A stretch of 64,000 nucleotides of DNA from Mobula hypostoma (lineage: Eukaryota), in contig NC_086124.1 of the NCBI RefSeq assembly GCF_963921235.1, forward strand, positions 27,714,001-27,778,000, in the 5' to 3' direction. How positions within the stretch are numbered: position 1 is the first letter of the stretch; every line of letters starts with the position of its first letter. A program made the position numbers and the translations under genes. This document shows positions 36,009 to 49,730 of the stretch, piece after piece. Below the pieces are notes generated by a model. That model was not told where the DNA came from and did no database searches. It was given only the letters and a program-made list of their open reading frames with translations.

Positions 36009-39000
36009 CCGCTTCTCAACCTTTCCAATCCATCGACCCATCCAACCGTCTTATAACAGTTGTTATTGTTCGTTCCTTACCCACTCCCTCTGGCAGCTCG
36101 TGCCACTGATACTGTGTTCCACACTCTGTTTTGTGAAGTTTCCCGGCCAGTTCCTTTCAAATCCCTTGAGCCCATGCAATGTGAATGGGTGGGCAGGGAG
36201 GAGATGCGTCTCTGCCAAAGGAGGTGTAGGGTCCTCCTTCCCTCTGCCAGTCTGCAGGTCACCCTTGGGCAAGGAGTAGCATCTGCTGAGCCCCCTGATC
36301 AGGTTCACGTGAAGCCATGGGAGCAGGTGGTGGATGGTCGAACGAGCAGCCGACGCAGATCACAAGTCCTGGTTATGTGACCACTGACACCAGGCAGACA
36401 ATCTCTGAAGAGTATTGATAATGGCTGGGGTCACCTGTCTTGTAAAGACACTGCCCAGAAGGCAGCAATGGCAAACCATTCCTGTAGAAAAATTTGCCAA
36501 GAACGATCATGGTCTGTGATCGCCCACGTCATACGACAAGGCGCATATGATCACGGTGATGAAACCCACACACCTTATGTTCTGAACCCTCCATCCCAGA
36601 AAAAAGACTGAATGCATTTGCCTGAGCCGACCCAACCTCTCTCCATAACTTAGACCCCAACATGCATCAGAATCAAGTCACTGGCCCATTGAGTCTGCTG
36701 TTCAGTACAAAGCACGCAAAGTGCTGGAGGAACCCAGCAGGTCAGCTCACAGTTGTGGAGGTGAATGAACAGACGATGCTTTGGGCTGAGACCCTTCATC
36801 GGGGCTGGAAAGGGAAGGGAGGAGAACCAGCATAAGAAGGTCGTTGGAGGGGGTGGAATAGAAGCCGGCAGGTGACAGGTGAGACCAGGTGGGGGTGGAG
36901 GTGCTGGATGCAACTCAGCCCATCATGGGAAAATCCCTCCCCAGCACTGAGCACATCTGCAAGGAGCGCATCCATCGTCAAGGACCCCCACCACACAGAC
37001 CATGCTCTCTACTCACTGCTGCCATCGGGAAGGAGCTACAGGAGCCTCAGGTCCCACACCACCAGGTTCAGGAAGAGTTATTACCTTTTAGCCATCAAGA
37101 ACCAGTGAGGAAAATTCACTCACCCCAACACTGAACTGATTCCAAAACCTATAGACTTACTTATGAGGACTAAACGACTCATGTTCTCAGTGTTATTTAC
37201 TTACTTTTTATTTGTACAATTTATCTTCTTTTGCACATTGGTTATTTGTCTGTCTTTGCTTATGTATAGTTTTTCTATTGCATTTCTTCTCGCTCCTGCG
37301 AATGCCTGCAAGAAAATGAATCCAAGTATGGTATCAGGTAACAAATGTGTACTTCGATAATCAACTTACGTCCAACTTTGACCTGTCTCCAAATCTCGCC
37401 CCCATCGTCCGCAGACGCAGACCCAGGTGACACCAGCGCACCCCTGTACGGTTACAACAGGGGTGATTGTTGCTGACCGCAGCTCAGAGGGAACACGAGG
37501 GTGGTGGTGTGAACCTGAGCTTCTGAGATGTTGTGCCTAGCAGCGCCCTCAGCTTGGAATGGCTACGATAAAGGATCCCTCAGTGACTCCCTCTCCTGTC
37601 CTCCACCTGAGGGAGCTGCGCGGAGCTCTGTCAGCTGCCCGGCACACCGGACTCCGCACCCTTGTCTCCACTCGGAGACTGATGGCGGTGTTCGGCTTCA
37701 CTGGAACTCTGCGGTCCTCCACCCCCTCCAACTCCACACCAAGTGGGGGCCTCTGGAAGGGAAAATATCTCATCCCTCAGAAATCCCCCCTTGTGTCCCT
37801 AATGAACGTGGAACATCACAGCACAGTGCAGGCCTTCCAGCCCACAATGTTGTACTGACAGTACAGGCCTTTCGGCCCACAATGATGTACTACCAGTACA
37901 GGCCTTTCGGCCCATGATGTCGTGCTATCATTTTAACCAACTCTAAGATCAATGTAACCCTCCTCTTCTATGTAGCCCTCCATTTTTCTATCATCTATTT
38001 GCCCATCTAAGTATCTCTTAAATGTCTAATGTATCTCCCTCTACCACCACCGTTCAAAGTGCATTCCACCACCCACACCCCTCCGTATAAAAAATCTAAC
38101 CCTTACATCACCCCCTAAACTTTCCTCCAATCACCAACTGATGGATGTCCTCACGTGCTGGCCGTTGTCCTGGGAAGCCTCTTTGTCTCTTATCATTTTG
38201 TACATCTCTATCAAGTCACCTCTCATCCTTCTTTGCTTTAAAGTGAAAACCGCACTTTGCGCAACCTATCTTGATAAGACATCCCTCAAATCCAGACAGC
38301 ACACTGGTAGATATCCACTGCACCCTCTCTGAAGCTTCCACATCCTTCCTAGAATGAGGCGACCAACATAAGACCCCAGGGGGTTTTATAGAGCTGCAAC
38401 ATTACCTCAGTACACTTGAACTCAATCCCCTTTCCAATGAAAGCCAACTCACCATACACGTTCTTAAGAACCCGATTGACTTGTGCAGCAACTTTGAGGG
38501 ATCTGTGGATGTGGATCCCGAGTTCCCACTGTCCCTCCAACTGCTCAGAATCCAGCCACTGACTCTGCTCTCTGCCTTCAAATCCGACTTTCCGAAGTGA
38601 ATCATTTGACACTTTTCCGGCCTGAACTCCATCTGCCACCGTTCAGCCCGGCTCTTCATCCTGTCAGTGTCCCATTGTAACCCACGGCAACCTTCTCCGC
38701 TATCCACAACTCCACCAACCTCCATGTCATCTGCAAACTTACAAACCCCACCCTTCCACACTTAATTTCCTTGGAGTCGGAAACATGAGAAGGTCTGCAG
38801 ATGCTGGAAATCCAGAGCAACTCACACAAAATGCTGGAGGAACTCAGCAGGTCAGGCAGCATCTGTGGAAATTAATAAACTGTCAACTTTTTGGGCCGAG
38901 ACCCTCTTTCAGGCCTGGAAAGGATGGGGGAAGAATGCAGAATAAAAAAAAGGTGGGCAGGGATAGCTAGGAGGTGATAGGGAGCCAGGCAGGTAGAAAA

Positions 39001-39261
39001 GGTGAAAGGCTGGAATCTTATACAATCATACAAAATTATGAAAGGGAGAGGGAGAGAAGCTGACAGAGGAAGTTGTACATGAAGATGAGATTATGAAAGG
39101 AATATGTAACGACAGAGTCAGGAAAGATCTATCCACTGGTGAGTGAGACTAAAACTGGATTTAGGACTGAGATGAGGAGGAACTGCTTCTCACAGATATT
39201 GGTGAAGCTGTGGAATTCTCTGTCAAGTGAAGCAGTAGAGGCCACCTCACTAATTTACATT

Positions 39262-39795
39262 CAGTTGCCACTTTATTGGGCACACCGGTACACCTGCTTG
39301 TTAATGTAAATATCTAATCAGCCAATCATGTGGCAGCAACTCAACACATAAAAGCATGCAGACACGGGCAAGAGGTTCAGTTGTTGTTCAAACCAAACAA
39401 CAGAGTGGGGAAGGAACATGATCTAAGTGACTTTGACTGTGGAATGATTGTTGGTGCCAGACGGGGTGGTTTGAGTACCTCAGTAGCTGCTGATCTCCTG
39501 GGATTTTCATGCACAATAACCTCTAGAGTTTACAGAGAATGGTGCAAGAAACAAAATGCATCCAGTAACTGGCAGTTCTGTGGGTGAAAACGCTTTGTTA
39601 ATGAGAGAGGTCAGAGGAGAATGGCCAGACTGGTTCAAGCTGACAGGAAGGTGACAGTAACTCAAATAACCACACGTTACAACAGTGGTGTGCAGAAGAG
39701 CATCTCTGAATGCACAACACGTCAAACCTTAAAATGGATGGGCTGCAGTAGCAGAAGATCATGAACATACACTCAGTGGCCACTTTAAGTACCCA
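39262..39795. mobile_element. Tc1-derived non-autonomous element; second copy at 57815-58350
   Basis: Ends cagt(t/g)gccacttta... and ...cactcagtggccacttta. Internal decayed Tc1 HTH peptide DLSDFDCGMIVGARRGGLS.S..ADLLGFS.TT.SRVYREW. Confidence 0.7.
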
Positions 39796-40003
39796 ACTGT
39801 GCGTATAAATTTATGAAAGGCAGGGGCAAAAAAAAAGAGACAGGAAAATTGTAGGTGAGACGAGAACTAAGAGACATAGCCTCGACATTCTGGGGTATCG
39901 ATTTAGGAGGGAGATGAGGAGAAATTGTTTTTTTTGCCCCAGAGGTTTGTGAATCTGTCCGGGTGCTTCCTCCCCATTCCAAAGACGTATGGGTTAGTAG
40001 TGT

Positions 40004-40290
40004 GTGGCACGTGGCCAAGTGGTTAGGGCATTGGACTAGCGATCTGAAGGTCATGGGTTCGAGCCTCGGCTGAGGCAGAGTGTGTGTCCTTGAGCAAGGC
40101 ACTTAACCACACAATGCTCCAGTCTACCCAGTTGAGAATAGGTACGTGCAAAAATGCTGGAGGTTAACCTCGCGATAGAGTGGCGTCCTATCCGGGCGGG
40201 GGGAGTCTCGTACCCTCAGTTGCTTCACGCCACGGAAACCGGCATAAACACTGGCCTGATGGGCCACAAGGCTCGTGACAGACTTTAATC
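40004..40290 (+). mobile_element. tRNA-derived SINE; related copy at 50688-50990
   Basis: gtggccaagtggttagggcattggactagcgatctgaaggtcatgggttcgagcc head with A and B boxes, then a gtgtccttgagcaaggcacttaaccac body shared with 50688-50790. Confidence 0.75.
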
Positions 40291-41569
40291 TAAAAAAAAA
40301 GGGTTAGTAGGGTAATTGGTCACTTGGGTATAATTGGGTGGGATGGACTCGATAGCCAGAAGGGGCTATTAACTGTGTTGTACCCCTAAATACAAATTAA
40401 ATAAAAAATAAGTTCCCATGAAGGAATGTTGTTGATGGGGAAGCTCCAAGTACAGGAGATGGAGGAACTCAGCAGGTCGGGCAGTGTCTGTGGAGGGAGG
40501 TGGCCAGTCGGCGTTTTGGACCTGGACCCTTCACCAGGACTGCCTCGTTCATCTCCATAGATGCTGTCTGACCTGCTGAGATCCCCGGGCGTCTTGTGTG
40601 TCGCTCCAGATTCCAGCGTCCGTAAACTGAGAACGTTCCCCGTGGTCGGCAAAGTCAGGAGGTACGTGACCCAGGAAAGCTGGGCTTTCAGGAAGCAGAT
40701 GCCAGTTGCCCACAAAGGGAAGTGGGTGGCAGTATTCTGCCTGGAGGTCGGTGACTAGAGAGCGGCGTACCACAGAGATCTGTTCTGAGCTTGGTGATTT
40801 TTATAAACAACTTGGATGGGGAAGTGGAAGTTTGGGTGACTAAGTTTGCAGATGACTCAAAGGTTGGTGGGGTTGTGGACAGTGTAGAAGCCAAAGGTTT
40901 TTCTCCCAGGGTGGAAGTAGCTAATATGGCAGGGTGGGTGGCATAATTTTAAAGCGATTGCTAGAAAGTATAGAGGGATGACAGAGGTAGGTTTTTTACA
41001 CAGAGAGTAGACGGTGAGCGGAAGGCAGGGGTGGTAGCGGAGGCAAATACCTGAGGGGCATTTAAGAAACATTTAGGTAGGCACATGGTTGATAGAATAA
41101 TAGAGGGCTATGTGTTAGATTGATCTTAGAGTAGGTTAATGGGTCAGCACCACATTGTGGGCCGAAGGGCCTTCACTGTGCTCTCATGGTCTATGTTTAT
41201 GTTCTCATGTCCACCTGGTACAGGTGTACACGGCGAGGGATACTGATGCAGTCACGGCAAATGATTTGCGGGGAAGGACTTCAGTGAGGGACCTGTCACC
41301 GACTGGGGCCACTGAAACTTTCTCTCAAATACTTCATGGGTGATTCGATTGAGAAGGACAGCTCAGATTCATGAGGACTGGAGGGATTAAATTATGACAA
41401 GAGATTGGATAGACTGGGATTACTTTCCCTGCAATAAGGGAGACTGAGGGGTCATGGAGTCATGGCTAGGGGGACAGAACCTTTCGCCCATCACATCCAC
41501 ATTGACCGCGTTACCCAACTTGGCTCATCCTATTTGTCTCCCCGATCTTCAAGATTCAAGATTGCTGAA

Positions 41570-42425
41570 TGCCATTGCAGAGGTTACAGCGGGACATTGA
41601 TAGGCTCTAAAACTGGGCTGAAAACTGGCAGATGGAGTTCAGCCCAGATAAGTGTGAGGTGGTTCATTTTGGTAGGTCAAATATGATGGCAGAATATAGC
41701 ATTAATGGCAAGACTCTTGGCAGTCTGGAGGATCAGAGGGATCTTGGGGTCCGAGTCCATAGAACATTCAAAGATGCTGTGCAGGTTGACTTTGTGGTTA
41801 AGAAGGCATATGGAGCATTGGCCTTCATCAATAGTGGGATTGAGTTTAAGAGTCGAGAGGTAATGTTACAGCTGTAGGTAGACCCCACTTGGAGTACTTA
41901 CTGTGCTCAATTCTGGTCGCCTCATTACAGGAAGGACGTGGAAACCATAGAAAGGGTGCAAAGGAGATTTACAAAGATGTTGCCTGGATTCGGGAGCCTG
42001 TCTTATGAGAATAGGTTGAGTGAACTCGGCCTTTTTTCCTTTGAGCGACAGAGGATGAGAGATGACCTGATAGAGGTGTCCAAGGTAATGAGAGGCATTG
42101 ATCATGTGGATAGTCAGATGCTTTTTCCCAGGGCTAAAATGGCTAGCATGAGAGGGCACAGCTTTAAGGTGCTTAGAAGTAGGTACAGAGGAGATGTCAG
42201 GGGTAAGTTTTTTTACACAGAGAGTGGTGAGTGCGTGGAATGGGCTGCCAACGGCAGTGGTGGAGGCGGATATGATAGGGTCTTTTAGGAGATTCCTGGA
42301 TAGATACATGGAGCTTAGAAAATTAGAGGTAAGCCTAGGTAGTTCTAAGGTAAGGGCATGTTTGGCATAGATTTGTGGGCCAAAGGGCTTGTATTGAGCT
42401 GTAGTTTTTCTATGTTTCTATGTTT
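41570..42425 (+). mobile_element. CR1 LINE 3' fragment
   Basis: MEFSPDKCEVVHFGRSN...DLGVRVH and IERVQRRFTKMLPG peptides, with a (tatgtttc)n tail. Confidence 0.88.
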
Positions 42426-43654
42426 CTAAATGAGACGAAATCAGACTCGATAGGCTGAATGGCCTAATTCTGCTCCTGTGTCTTATGGTCTTAAGAAGGC
42501 GGAAGTTGATCGTTTCCTGATCGGTCGGGACATCAAAGGATATGGTGAGAGGGCAGGTGCATGGGGTTGAGTGGGATCCCGGATGGAATGGCAGAGCAGA
42601 CTCGATGGGCTGAATGGCCTTTTCGGAAATAATTGTTAGCCCAGATCTGATGCAGCACAAGAAAAACACAGAAGATAAAGAAAATAAATATTTTTTAAAA
42701 ATATTAATAATTAAAAATAGCGGCGCATCTCTGAACTGAACTAAACTGAAGGAGAATGGGGTTGAGACGGCAAATAAATCAGTCATGATTGAAAGGTGGA
42801 ACAGACTTGATGGGCTGAAGTTTGCTCCTATGTCTTATATATACTTATAAAAAGTACAAAGCAAATTTATTACCAAATTACATAGATGTCACCGTACAAA
42901 ATTCTGAGATTCCTTTTCTTGCGGGCATACTCAGTAAATCTAAGAACCAAAATAGAATCAATGGAAGACCGCACCCAACAGGGCGGACAAACGACCGATG
43001 TGCAAAAGACAAGGATCTATGCAAATATAAAACAAAGAAGTAATAATAGTTAATAAAGAAGCAATAAATATCAAGAACTGAGATGACAAGTCCTTGAAAG
43101 TAAGTCCATAGATTGTGGGAACATTTCGGTGATGGGGCGACTTGAAGTTACCCCATTTGGTTCAAGAGTGTGGAGTGTGATGATTGAGGGGTAATAGCTG
43201 TTCCTGAACCTGGTGGTGTGGGTGCTGAGCCGCCTGTACCTTCTTCCTGATGGCAGCAGTGAGAAGAGAGTGTGGACTGGGTGGTGGGGGTCCCTGATGA
43301 TGGATGCTGCTTTCCTGCTACAACCCTCTGTGTAGATGTAATGGAAGAATATAGAAACTCAGATACACACACACAGATAAATATATAACAGGAAGTTTCA
43401 TAGCGTACTGTATGTCAGTGATAGTAATTCTGATTCTGATTCTGAACTGATTAGACATTCTGAATTTCCCCTCCACCGCTGAGCCCAACACTGGATGGAG
43501 TCAGGTTACGAGGTTTCGCGAATGGCCTGGACCGTGGCCAAGGCGTGAACTAACAGCCCAAGATAACCCGAGCAATTTTGTTGTTGTGCATGGGACCGTC
43601 ATGTCGCTGAAATGAGACCAGCCCACAGGCTCGAGTAGCATCGAGGTGCCGTTC

Positions 43655-44500
43655 GGTGTCATACTCATAGTCATACTTTATTGATCCCGGGGGAAAATTG
43701 GTTTTCGTTACAGTTGCACCATAAATAATTAAATAGTAATAAAACCACAAATATTTAAATAGTAATATGTAAATTATGCCAGGAAATAAGTCCAGGACCA
43801 GCCTATTGGCTCAGGGAGTCTGACCCTCCAAGGGAGGAGTTGTAAAGGTTGATGGTCACAGGCAGGAATGACTTCCTATGACGCTCTGTGCTGCATCTCG
43901 GAGTAATGAGTCTCTGGCTGAATGTACTCCTGTGCCCACCCAGTACATTATGTAATGGATGGGAGACATTGTCCAAGATGGCATGCAACTTGGACAGCAT
44001 CCTCTCTTCAGACAACACCGTCAGAGAGTCCAGTTCGATCTCCACAACATCACTAGCCTTACGAATGAGTCTGTTGATTCTGTTGGTGTCTGCTACCCTC
44101 AGCCCCAGTATACAACAGCAAACATGATCACACTGGTCACCACAGACTCGTAGAATATCCTCAGCACCGTCCGGCAGATGTTAAAGGACCTCAGTCTCCT
44201 CAGGAAATAGAGACCCTTCTTGTAGACAGCCTCAGTATTCTTTGACCAGTTCAGTTTATTGTCAATTTGTATCCCCAGGTATTTGTAATCCTCCACCACG
44301 TCCACACTGACCTCCTGGATGGAAACAGGGGTCGCCGGTACCTTAGCTCTCCTCAGGTCTCCTACCAGCTCCTTAGCCTTTTTCACATCAAGCTGCAGAT
44401 AATTATGCTCACACCATGTGACAAGGTTTCCTACCGTAGCCCTGTACTCAGCCTCATCTCCCTTGCTGATGCATCCAACTGTGGCAGAGTCTTTCCCCCC
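43655..44500 (-). mobile_element. Rex1/Babar-like LINE fragment
   Basis: WCEHNYLQLDVKKAKELVGDLR...YKYLGIQIDNKLNWSKNTEAVYKK...FLRRLRSF peptide. Inverted relative to 25440-25995. Confidence 0.78.
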
Positions 44501-47500
44501 GGCAATGAGAATCAGGATCAGAATCAGGTTTAATATCACCGGCATATGTTGTGAAAATGTGTTGTTATGCGGCAGTACAATGCAGTACGAAGTATTAAAA
44601 ACTATAAATTGCAATAAGTACACATAAAAAATAAATTAAATACGTAGTGCAGAAAGTGAGGGGAAAACACTGAGGTAGTGTTTATGGTTACAATGTCCAT
44701 TCAGAAATCTGATGGCGGAGGGGAAGAAGCTGTTTCTGAATCATTCAGTGGGTGCCTTCATGTTCCTGTACCTCCTCCCTGTTGGTAGCGGTGAGAAGAG
44801 GGCATGTCCTGGGTGTTGGGGGTCCATAGTGATGGATGCCGACTTGTTGAGGTGTCACCTTTAGAAGCTGTCCTGGGTGCCTGGATGCCAGAGAGGCTCG
44901 TGCCCATGATGGAGTTGGCTGAGTTTTTCCTGCTCCTGTGCAGTGGCAGCCCCACACCAGACGGTGATGCATGCTCTCCATGGTACCAGTGCAGGAATTT
45001 ACGAGCGTCTGTGGTGACGTACCTGACCTCCTCAAACTCTGAATGAAATATAGCCACTGTTGTGCTTTCTCTGTAACTGTACATTGGGCCCAGGATAGAC
45101 CTTCGGAGATGTTGGCACCCAGGAACTTGAAACTGCTCGCACTTTCCACTTCTGATCCCTCGATGAGAACTGGCGTGTGTTCCCTTGACTTCCCCTTCCT
45201 GAACTCCACAATCAATTCCTTGGTCTTACTGACACTGTGACCACGAGCCTGCTGGGACACCACTCAACCAGCTGATCTACCCCACTCCTGTACGTCTCCT
45301 CGTCACTAAGTTATACTCTGCCAGCACTAGTTGTGCTGTCGGCAGATATACAGATGGCATTTGAGCTGTGGCTAGCCGCACAGTCATGGCTGCTGTGAGA
45401 GTAGAGTAGTGGGCTAAGCACAGATCCCTGAGGTGCCCCAGTGCTGATTGTCAGTGAGGTGGAGATCGTATTTCCGATCCGCACAGACTGTGGTCTCCCA
45501 GGGAGGAAGGCGAGGATCCATTTGCAGAGGGAGGGACAGAGGCCCAGGTTTTGGAGCTTGTTGATTAACACTGAGGATATGATGGTGTTGAACGCTGAGT
45601 TGTGGTCAAAGAAGCAGCAGCCAGACGTAAGCGTTACTATTGTCCAGGTGATCTAAGGCCAAGTGGAGAGCCAGTGAGATCGTACCTGCTGTAGACCTAT
45701 TGTGGCAATAGGCAAGTTGCAATGGGTACAGGTCCTTGCTTAGGCAGGAGTTGCTCTTAGCTATGACCAACCTCTCAAAGTACTTCATCTCTGTGGACGT
45801 GAGTGCTACTGGGCGATAGTCACTGAAGCAGCTCACCCTATTCTTATAACCATATAACCACATAACAATTACAGCACAGAAACAGGCCATCTCGGCCCTT
45901 CTAGTCCATGCCGAACTCTTACTCTCACCTAGTCCCACCAATCTACACTCAGCCCATAACCCTCCACTCCTTTCCTGTCCATATAGCTGTCCAATTTAAC
46001 TTTAAACGACAACATCAAATCTGCCTCAACCACTTCTGCTGGAAGCTCGTTCCACACAGCTACCACTCATGTTACCCCTCAAAGAAATTCCCCCTCATGT
46101 TACCCCTAAACTTTTGCCCTTTAACTCTCAATTTATGTCCTTTTGTTTGAATCTCCCCCACTCTCAATGGAAAAAGCCTATCCACGTCAACTCTATCTAT
46201 CCCCCCAATAATTTTAAATACCTCTATCAAGTCCCCCCTCAACCTTCTATGTGCCAAAGAATAAAGACCCAACTTGTTCAACCTTTCTCTGTAACTTAGG
46301 TGATGAAACCCAGGTAACATTCTAGTAAATCTTCTCTGTACTCTCTATATTTTGTTGAATTCTTTCCTATAATTCTTCTTGGGCACTGGTGTGATTGTCA
46401 CCCTTTTGAAGCAGGTGGAAATCTCTGACTGCGGCAGTGAGAGATTGAAGATATCCTTGAACACTCCCACCCGTTGCCTGGGACAGGTTTTCTGTGCCTT
46501 ACCAGGAACTCTGTGAGGTCTGACTCCTTGAAAGATGTTCTAACCTCAGCCTCCGAGACAGGGATCACAGAGTTACTGGATGCTGCCGGGATTCGCACAG
46601 GTGTAGTTTTATTCTCTCTTTCTAAAAGGCGTTGAGCTCTTCTGAGAGTGAAACATCACTGTCATTCATCATATTAAGTTTTGCTTTGTAGGAAGAAATG
46701 GCTTGTAAACCTTGCCAGAGCTAACATGCATCTGATTCAGGCTCTAACCTCAATCGAAATTGTTTATAACGCTTTTAAGATAGCCTTCCATAGTTCGTAT
46801 CTGGACTTACTGTTTAGTTCTGGATCACTGGTCTTGAATGCCAGAGATCTAATCATCAACAGACTAAGAATATCCTAGATTCCTAGATGTTGGTGATGCC
46901 AAGGAAGTTGGTTTTGAGAGTCCTATGGGGTGGGGGAGGGTCTCTCTGTCCTTCTAGGACGTTTGCTGGGCTCTCTGGATGTTGCAGACCACAGGGATTG
47001 GATTTGGGAAGGAGCCTGGCCCATACTTGGAGATCCAGCCCAATCCGTGCCAAGTTTCCAGGATTGTTTGGCTGGAATCTGCGGCAACCTGGGGCCAATC
47101 TGTGTTTAGTCTGTGGTCAGATTGTGTTCAGGCTGTAGTCAGACTGTAGTCTGTCTGTGGGGAGATTGTGTTTTGTCTGTGGTCAGTCTATGGTCAGTCT
47201 GTGCTAAGTCTGTGGTCAGTCTGTGGCTGTAACGTGGCCCAGGAGATGACTGGGTTGGGACTCACAACACATCTCTTAGGCCTAAGCCAGGGGGGTACAA
47301 TGCGGAGAGAGAGCTGTTGCTCACGCAACAGGCTCCCCCTCTCCACGCATCTGATGAATCCAAAGGAACGGCAGAGACCGATACAGTTTGGCACCAGTGG
47401 TGTTTCAGGAGTTGCCAGTCAGCGTTGACTCAACTTTGGACTGCCTTAGGGACTCCAGTTCTGGACTTTTCTTCAGGGTTTACTCCCGAAACCTTCCCCA

Positions 47501-47909
47501 TGATTGGGTACAACCGCAATGCAGCAGAGGTTTGAGATCAGGGTTTTCCTTCTCCTAGATGAGCTTCCAACCACGGCAGATAAGCCCCATCTGCTTGAAG
47601 GGACTGGTTTTAAGGCACCAGTAACCCACCTTTGCCCCTTCTCCTGTCAGTGGAACAGTTCCACTGGACTTAGTAGCTAAGCCACACGTGAAGGCCAGGA
47701 GCTGGACTTGGTTGTCAGAGGCTGTTTGAGATGCATGTCATTGGGAGCATTTAATAGGTAGTGGGAGTTTATCTCCATTACCATTACTAGCTATAATAAA
47801 CTTAATGAACCAAGAATTTAATGAAACACTATATATGAACAGACAAACACCATCAAACCAATTTGTAAAAAAGACAAATTGTATATAAAAAGATTATTGA
47901 GAACATGAG

Positions 47910-49730
47910 TTTCAATTTCAACCTTTTACTGTTAATTAATCAGGTTAAACAACTGACTACTAAGTGGTCCCCATTGTCTCTATCATTGATTGGCCGAATC
48001 AATGCTATTAAAATGATTATTTTACCTAAATTTTTATATTTATTTCAAACAATACCAATTTTCATTCCTAAATCCTTTTTTGATACTATTGATTCTAAAA
48101 TTTCCTCTTATATATGGCAAAACAAAAATCCCAGATTAAGTAAAAAATATTTACAGAAGTCCAAGAAAGACGGTGGTTTAGCACTGCCTAACCTAAGATT
48201 TTATTATTGGGCAATTAATATTCGATATTTAATATTTTGGACACAAGATTGGAATATAACTCCAAGCCCACATTGGGTAAACCTTGAAGGCCACTCTGTA
48301 CAAGGGTTCTCTTTAGCTTCCATTTTAGGAACTTCACTTCCTTTTGTACTATCTAAATTGAATAAACAAATGGTTAATCCAATAGTTAAACATACATTGC
48401 GAATATGGTTTCAATTTCGTAAATTTTTTGGTTTGAACAAATTTATGTTATCAAGTCCTATTATATCTAATTTCTTTTTTCAACCCTCGGTTATGGACCA
48501 AGCATTTTTGATATGGAAAACGAAAGGTATAATGTGTTTTCATGACTTATTTCTGGATAACTGTTTCATGTCTTTTGAACAGTTATCTAAGAAATTTGAT
48601 TTGCCTAGATCCCATTTTTTTTAGATACTTACAAATAAGAAATTTTAAAAATACTACGTTGCCTACCTTTCCGACCTCATATCCTACTGATATCACTGAT
48701 AAAATTATAGGCTTAAATCCTCTCCAGAAGGGATTAATAGCAGTTATCTATGATGTAATTATGAAATTACAGCCAGGTATATCTGATAAAATTAAAAATG
48801 AATGGGAAAGGGAACTTCAACTTTGTCTATCTATAGAGAAATGGGATAAAATTTTTCAATAAATTAGTACTTCCTCTATATGTGCTAAACATACATTAAT
48901 ACAATTTAAAGAAGTGCATAGGGCCCATATGTCCAAAGATAAATTAGCCAATTTTTATTCCCATATAAACCCTATTTGTGACAGATGTCACTCTGAGGTG
49001 GCTTCTTTAACTCATATGTTTTGGTCCTGTCCTCTCTTGGAAAAATATTGGAAAGATATTTTTGATATTATCTCAACAGTTCTAAGTTTTGATTTACAAC
49101 CCTATCCTATTATGGCAATTTTTGGATTGACAATGGTAGAACATAGATCTTTGTCTTCTTCAGCCTGTCAGATGATAGCATTGGTTACTTTAATGGCCAG
49201 AAGGTCTATTTTATTGAACTGGAAGGAAACCAACCCTCCTACTACATTCCAATGGTTTTCCCAAACTATATCCTGTTTAAATGTAGAAAAAATTAGAAGT
49301 GATATTTTTGATCCTTCGGTTAAATTTGAAGAAACTTGGAAACCTTTTATGCAACTTTTCATATGATGTAATTTGACCTTTCCGAATCTTCTGTATTAAC
49401 TTAAAATATATGAATAGGGGAGCGGAGTTGACGACATTACTGAACGTGTTCGATTCAAGATATTGGTCTAGCCTTGTTTTGTTCTGTTTGATTTTTTTTG
49501 GGTTTAGTATTTAGTTTCTTTTTTTTTGGGGGGGTTTCTTTGTATATATATTTTTTTCTTTTTATTTCTTTTTCTCCTTTATGATTAATTTCATCATGAG
49601 TTTGGAAGTCTATACTACCTATGTTATTTGAAATCTTTTTTATATATGTTTATTAATAATAAGATTACTCTAATCTCTTTGTAGCAACATTGTTATTGTG
49701 TTTATAATTTTGAGAATTAATAAAAAGATT
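47910..49730 (+). mobile_element. 5'-truncated L1-clade LINE (ORF2 C-terminal half plus 3' UTR) with 23-bp TSD
   Basis: LSLIGRINAIKMIILPKFLYLF...GGLALPN...YYWA and C-terminal CDRCHSEVASLTHMFWSC (CCHC) peptides. TSD AAAAAGATTATTGAGAACATGAG at 47887-47909 and 49731-49753. Confidence 0.9.

Noticed and set aside
40004-40080. tRNA gene (also at 50688 and 35890)
   Set aside because: The acceptor stem is not completed and the head runs into a shared SINE body, so these are tRNA-derived SINEs.
41220-41317. Minus-strand TEVLPRKSFAVTASVSLAVYTC resembling a C1-set (WB beta2 / class I alpha3) fragment
   Set aside because: Only ~33 codons with an upstream in-frame stop, no first Cys strand, and no D-G-x-F/Y motif. 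Likely chance.
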